From contig CAVVMW010000019.1 in assembly GCA_963749495.1 (NCBI GenBank), positions 64,001-128,000 on the forward strand: 64,000 nucleotides of DNA, read 5' to 3'. Positions 61,146 to 64,000 of the stretch are shown one piece after another. The notes under the pieces are model-generated. The model made no database searches and was not told where the DNA came from. It worked only from the letters and a program-made list of their open reading frames with translations. Made by a program: the position numbers and the translations under genes. Position 1 is the first letter of the stretch, and every line of letters begins with the position of its first letter. The DNA is from an uncultured bacterium. GTDB lineage: Bacteria > Verrucomicrobiota > Verrucomicrobiia > Limisphaerales > UBA8199.

Positions 61146-61925
61146 ATGATGAAGGTCGTGTTGTTTTGCGGTGGTCTGGGAACGCGCTTGCGGGAATACG
61201 GCGACAATATCCCCAAGCCGCTTGTCCCTATCGGGTATCGCCCGATCGTCTGGCACGTGATGAAATATTACGCGCATTTCGGCCACAACGACTTTATCTT
61301 GTGCTTAGGCTATAAGGCCGACAAGATCAAAGACTACTTCCTCCACTACGACGAGTGCATCTCAAACGATTTCGTGCTTTCGGGCGGCGGGAAGACGGTT
61401 TCCCTGCTCGGCAGTGATATTCAGGATTGGAGGCTCACGTTTGTTGATACTGGACTTCAAACCAATATTGGCCAGCGGTTGAAAAAGGTGCGGCATCTAG
61501 TGGCTGATGAGGAGTTTTTCCTGGCGAACTACAGCGATGGATTGACGGACCTCCCGCTTCCGCGCATGCTGGAAGAGTTTAAGAAGAGCAACAAGATTGC
61601 CGCCTTCGTTTGCGCACCGCCGTCACAAACGTTTCACGTCGTCAAGCTAAACGGCGGCAACAATGTGGCCAAGATTGTGCCCGTTCGGGAGTCGGGGATG
61701 CTGGTGAACGGGGGATACTTCATTTTTCGGAAGGAGATTTTCGATTATATTCACGAGGGCGAGGATCTGGTTGCTGAGCCGTTCGCGCGACTAATCGATC
61801 AAGACCTTGTCATGGGATACACGTACGACCGTTTTTGGTCCATGGACACCTTCAAAGAGCAGCAGGAACTGTCGGACCTTTGGCTGCGAGGGGGCGCGCC
61901 GTGGGAACTGTGGAGGGCGAGTTAA
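61146..61925 (+). CDS. rfbF: Glucose-1-phosphate cytidylyltransferase
   Basis: MKVVLFCGGLGTRL, PKPLVPIG, LCLGYK, NYSDG, MDTFKE. Confidence 0.9.
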   Translation: MMKVVLFCGGLGTRLREYGDNIPKPLVPIGYRPIVWHVMKYYAHFGHNDFILCLGYKADKIKDYFLHYDECISNDFVLSGGGKTVSLLGSDIQDWRLTFVDTGLQTNIGQRLKKVRHLVADEEFFLANYSDGLTDLPLPRMLEEFKKSNKIAAFVCAPPSQTFHVVKLNGGNNVAKIVPVRESGMLVNGGYFIFRKEIFDYIHEGEDLVAEPFARLIDQDLVMGYTYDRFWSMDTFKEQQELSDLWLRGGAPWELWRAS

Positions 61926-62183
61926 AGTACCTGCGAGGTTTCCCACCAAGTCGTTCTGGCGAGCATCGAAGCCGAACGCGCGACGATGAGTTCATCTTAA
62001 ATGCTTTTTAACATGAGCAACTCAGAGATTTTTCAACTATCAACCAGAATGTTGACATCCTGCTGGAATCGGTTCAAAAATGGGCAGGGCAGTGGGCTTT
62101 TACGGCGGGCTGGAAGGTTAATCGCAGGCGGTCCCCATGTTGTGCTGCAATAAACGAATAGATTATCGGCTTTTGATGGTGTT

Positions 62184-63212
62184 ATGAGAATTCTTTTCAC
62201 AGGGTGCGACGGATATCTTGGCTCATTGCTCGGGCCTGAGCTCCTGCGTAAAGGACACGAGGCCACCGGCGTGGATACGGGGTTCTATCGGGAAGGAACG
62301 CTCTATCGGGCCAGCGGAAGCATACCGCGGACGCTGACGAAGGACATTCGCAGGATCAGCATCGAGGATCTCAGCGGCGTCGAGGCGGTGGTCCACATGG
62401 CTGAGCTGTCGAACGATCCGGTAGGGCAACTGGCGCCCACAATCACCTACGAAATCAACCATCAGGGCGCGGTACGGCTTGCCGCGCTCGCCAAACAAGC
62501 GGGCGTGAGGCGATTTGTTTACACGTCATCCTGCAGCGTATATGGCATCGCGGGCCAGGATTTCGTGGATGAGGAGTCGCCCCTCAACCCGCAGACGGCG
62601 TACGCGAGGTGCAAGACGCTGGTGGAGCGCGATGTCAAGGCTCTGGCGGACGAGCGGTTTTGCCCGGTCTTTCTAAGGAACGCGACAGCCTACGGGGCCT
62701 CGCCGCGGATGCGATTCGACATAGTTCTGAACAACCTGGCCGGGTTGGCTTGGACGACCAGAGAGGTCAAGTTGACCAGCGACGGCACACCTTGGCGGCC
62801 ATTGGTGCACGCGCTGGACATCGTGCGAGCGGTTATCGCAGTGATTGAGGCTCCGAGTGAGGCGGTGCACAGCCAGGTGTTTAACGTAGGAGACACGGAG
62901 CACAATTACCGGGTGCGCGAGATTGCGGAGATCGTCGAGGAGGTGTTTCACGGTTGCCAAGTAACCTTTGGGCCCCCCAGCCCGGATAATCGGAGCTATC
63001 GAGTCTCGTTCGAAAAGATCCGGAAGCATCTGCCTGGATTCAAGTGCGTGTGGGATGCGCGGCGCGGCGCCCAGCAGTTACACGACGTGTTCAAACAGAT
63101 CAATATGAGCACGGGCATTTTCTGCCACCGTGCCTTCACCCGGCTGAAAGAGCTTGAGTACCTGATTCGAACACAGCAGATCGACGACCATTTCTTTTGG
63201 AAGGAGCCGTGA
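62184..63212 (+). CDS. NAD-dependent epimerase/dehydratase
   Basis: FTGCDGYLG, AELSNDP, SSCSVYG, YARCK, LRNATAYG. Confidence 0.9.
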   Translation: MRILFTGCDGYLGSLLGPELLRKGHEATGVDTGFYREGTLYRASGSIPRTLTKDIRRISIEDLSGVEAVVHMAELSNDPVGQLAPTITYEINHQGAVRLAALAKQAGVRRFVYTSSCSVYGIAGQDFVDEESPLNPQTAYARCKTLVERDVKALADERFCPVFLRNATAYGASPRMRFDIVLNNLAGLAWTTREVKLTSDGTPWRPLVHALDIVRAVIAVIEAPSEAVHSQVFNVGDTEHNYRVREIAEIVEEVFHGCQVTFGPPSPDNRSYRVSFEKIRKHLPGFKCVWDARRGAQQLHDVFKQINMSTGIFCHRAFTRLKELEYLIRTQQIDDHFFWKEP

Positions 63213-63736
63213 GGATCATCAGCACCCAATTTTCAGGCGTGTTTATCATTGAGCCAGAGAGGCACGAAGACGCGCGTGGGTTTTTCGCGCGGACGTTTTG
63301 CGCTCGGGAGTTCGGGGAACGGGGGCTGGCAGCCAACTTCGTGCAGTGCAGCGTGTCACTGAGCCATAAGCGGGGCACCCTGCGGGGGCTTCACTACCAG
63401 CGGCAGCCGGCTTGCGAGGTCAAGCTCGTGCGCTGCAGCGCGGGCGCTCTCTGGGATGTGATCGTTGATCTGCGGCAGGGTTCTCCAACTTACCTGCAGC
63501 ACCTGGGTGTGGAGTTGACCGCGCGGAATCGGCGAGCGATTTATGTCCCGGAGATGTTCGCTCATGGGTCCCAGACCCTGGAAGAGGATACGGAAATCTT
63601 CTACCAGATCAGTGAATACTACGCTCCAGAGGCGGCCTTCGGGCTGCGCTACAATGATCCGAAACTGGGCATCCAGTGGCCGCTGCCGGTCGTGGCTGTA
63701 TCCGAGAGGGATGCGAACTGGCCCTTGCTCGGCTGA
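63209..63736 (+). CDS. rfbC: dTDP-4-dehydrorhamnose 3,5-epimerase family
   Basis: DARGFFAR, GTLRGLHYQ, KLVRC, VDLR, AHG; GTG start after AAGGAG. Confidence 0.9.
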   Translation: MRIISTQFSGVFIIEPERHEDARGFFARTFCAREFGERGLAANFVQCSVSLSHKRGTLRGLHYQRQPACEVKLVRCSAGALWDVIVDLRQGSPTYLQHLGVELTARNRRAIYVPEMFAHGSQTLEEDTEIFYQISEYYAPEAAFGLRYNDPKLGIQWPLPVVAVSERDANWPLLG

Positions 63737-63769
63737 ATTCGCATGCCCGTCCAGCGTTTTGAGAGAGAT

Positions 63770-64000
63770 ATGGGCAAATCCGTCACCGACGTTTTGAAGG
63801 AATGGGACGGTGGAAAGGAGGGGGCGAGCGCCTACGAATGCGTGTGCGCGCTCTACCCCTTCTGCCGCAGTATTACCGGCGATGGCCTGCGGCGGAGTCT
63901 GGGAACGCTCCAGCGATATGTGCCTCTGGTAATGCACGAGGTTCCCACCGGCACGCAGGTATTTGATTGGTCGGTGCCAAAAGAGTGGAATATCCGGGAT
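63770..64000 (+). CDS. DUF4910/aminopeptidase-like protein, 3'-partial
   Basis: LYPFCRSITGDGLRRSL...HEVPTGTQVFDWSVPKEWNIRD; not in the ORF track because it runs off the window. Confidence 0.82.
   Translation, partial: MGKSVTDVLKEWDGGKEGASAYECVCALYPFCRSITGDGLRRSLGTLQRYVPLVMHEVPTGTQVFDWSVPKEWNIRD

Overview
GC-rich bacterial DNA, most consistent with Verrucomicrobiota (Pedosphaera/Limisphaerales-like; inferred from protein styles, not proven). 1-3.3 kb holds the 3' part of a Ser/Thr kinase-WD40 gene and mazG. 3.3-13.7 kb holds three paralogous minus-strand secreted MBG/Ig-repeat proteins; one has 19 near-identical 249-bp repeats, and all share a conserved C-terminal tail. After a single-domain receiver and an AraC regulator, a >47-kb plus-strand exopolysaccharide/capsule cluster runs off the window. 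It contains a NusG-paralog antiterminator, priming transferase, WbpB/D/E-like aminosugar genes, a Wzc-like co-polymerase, Wzy, Wzx, many glycosyltransferases, deacetylases, tailoring enzymes, a lipid-linked sugar module, rfbF and rfbC. The most unusual signal is at 21.3-30.0 kb: about ten different 7-nt (plus 8- and 9-nt) tandem micro-arrays. Some form inverted pairs or contain a nested palindrome, and they sit between genes and in-frame inside enzyme loops, next to a hicB gene whose hicA partner is cut after about 10 codons. Eight apparent single-base frameshifts are probably sequencing indels. No rRNA, tRNA, CRISPR array or transposase was recognised.
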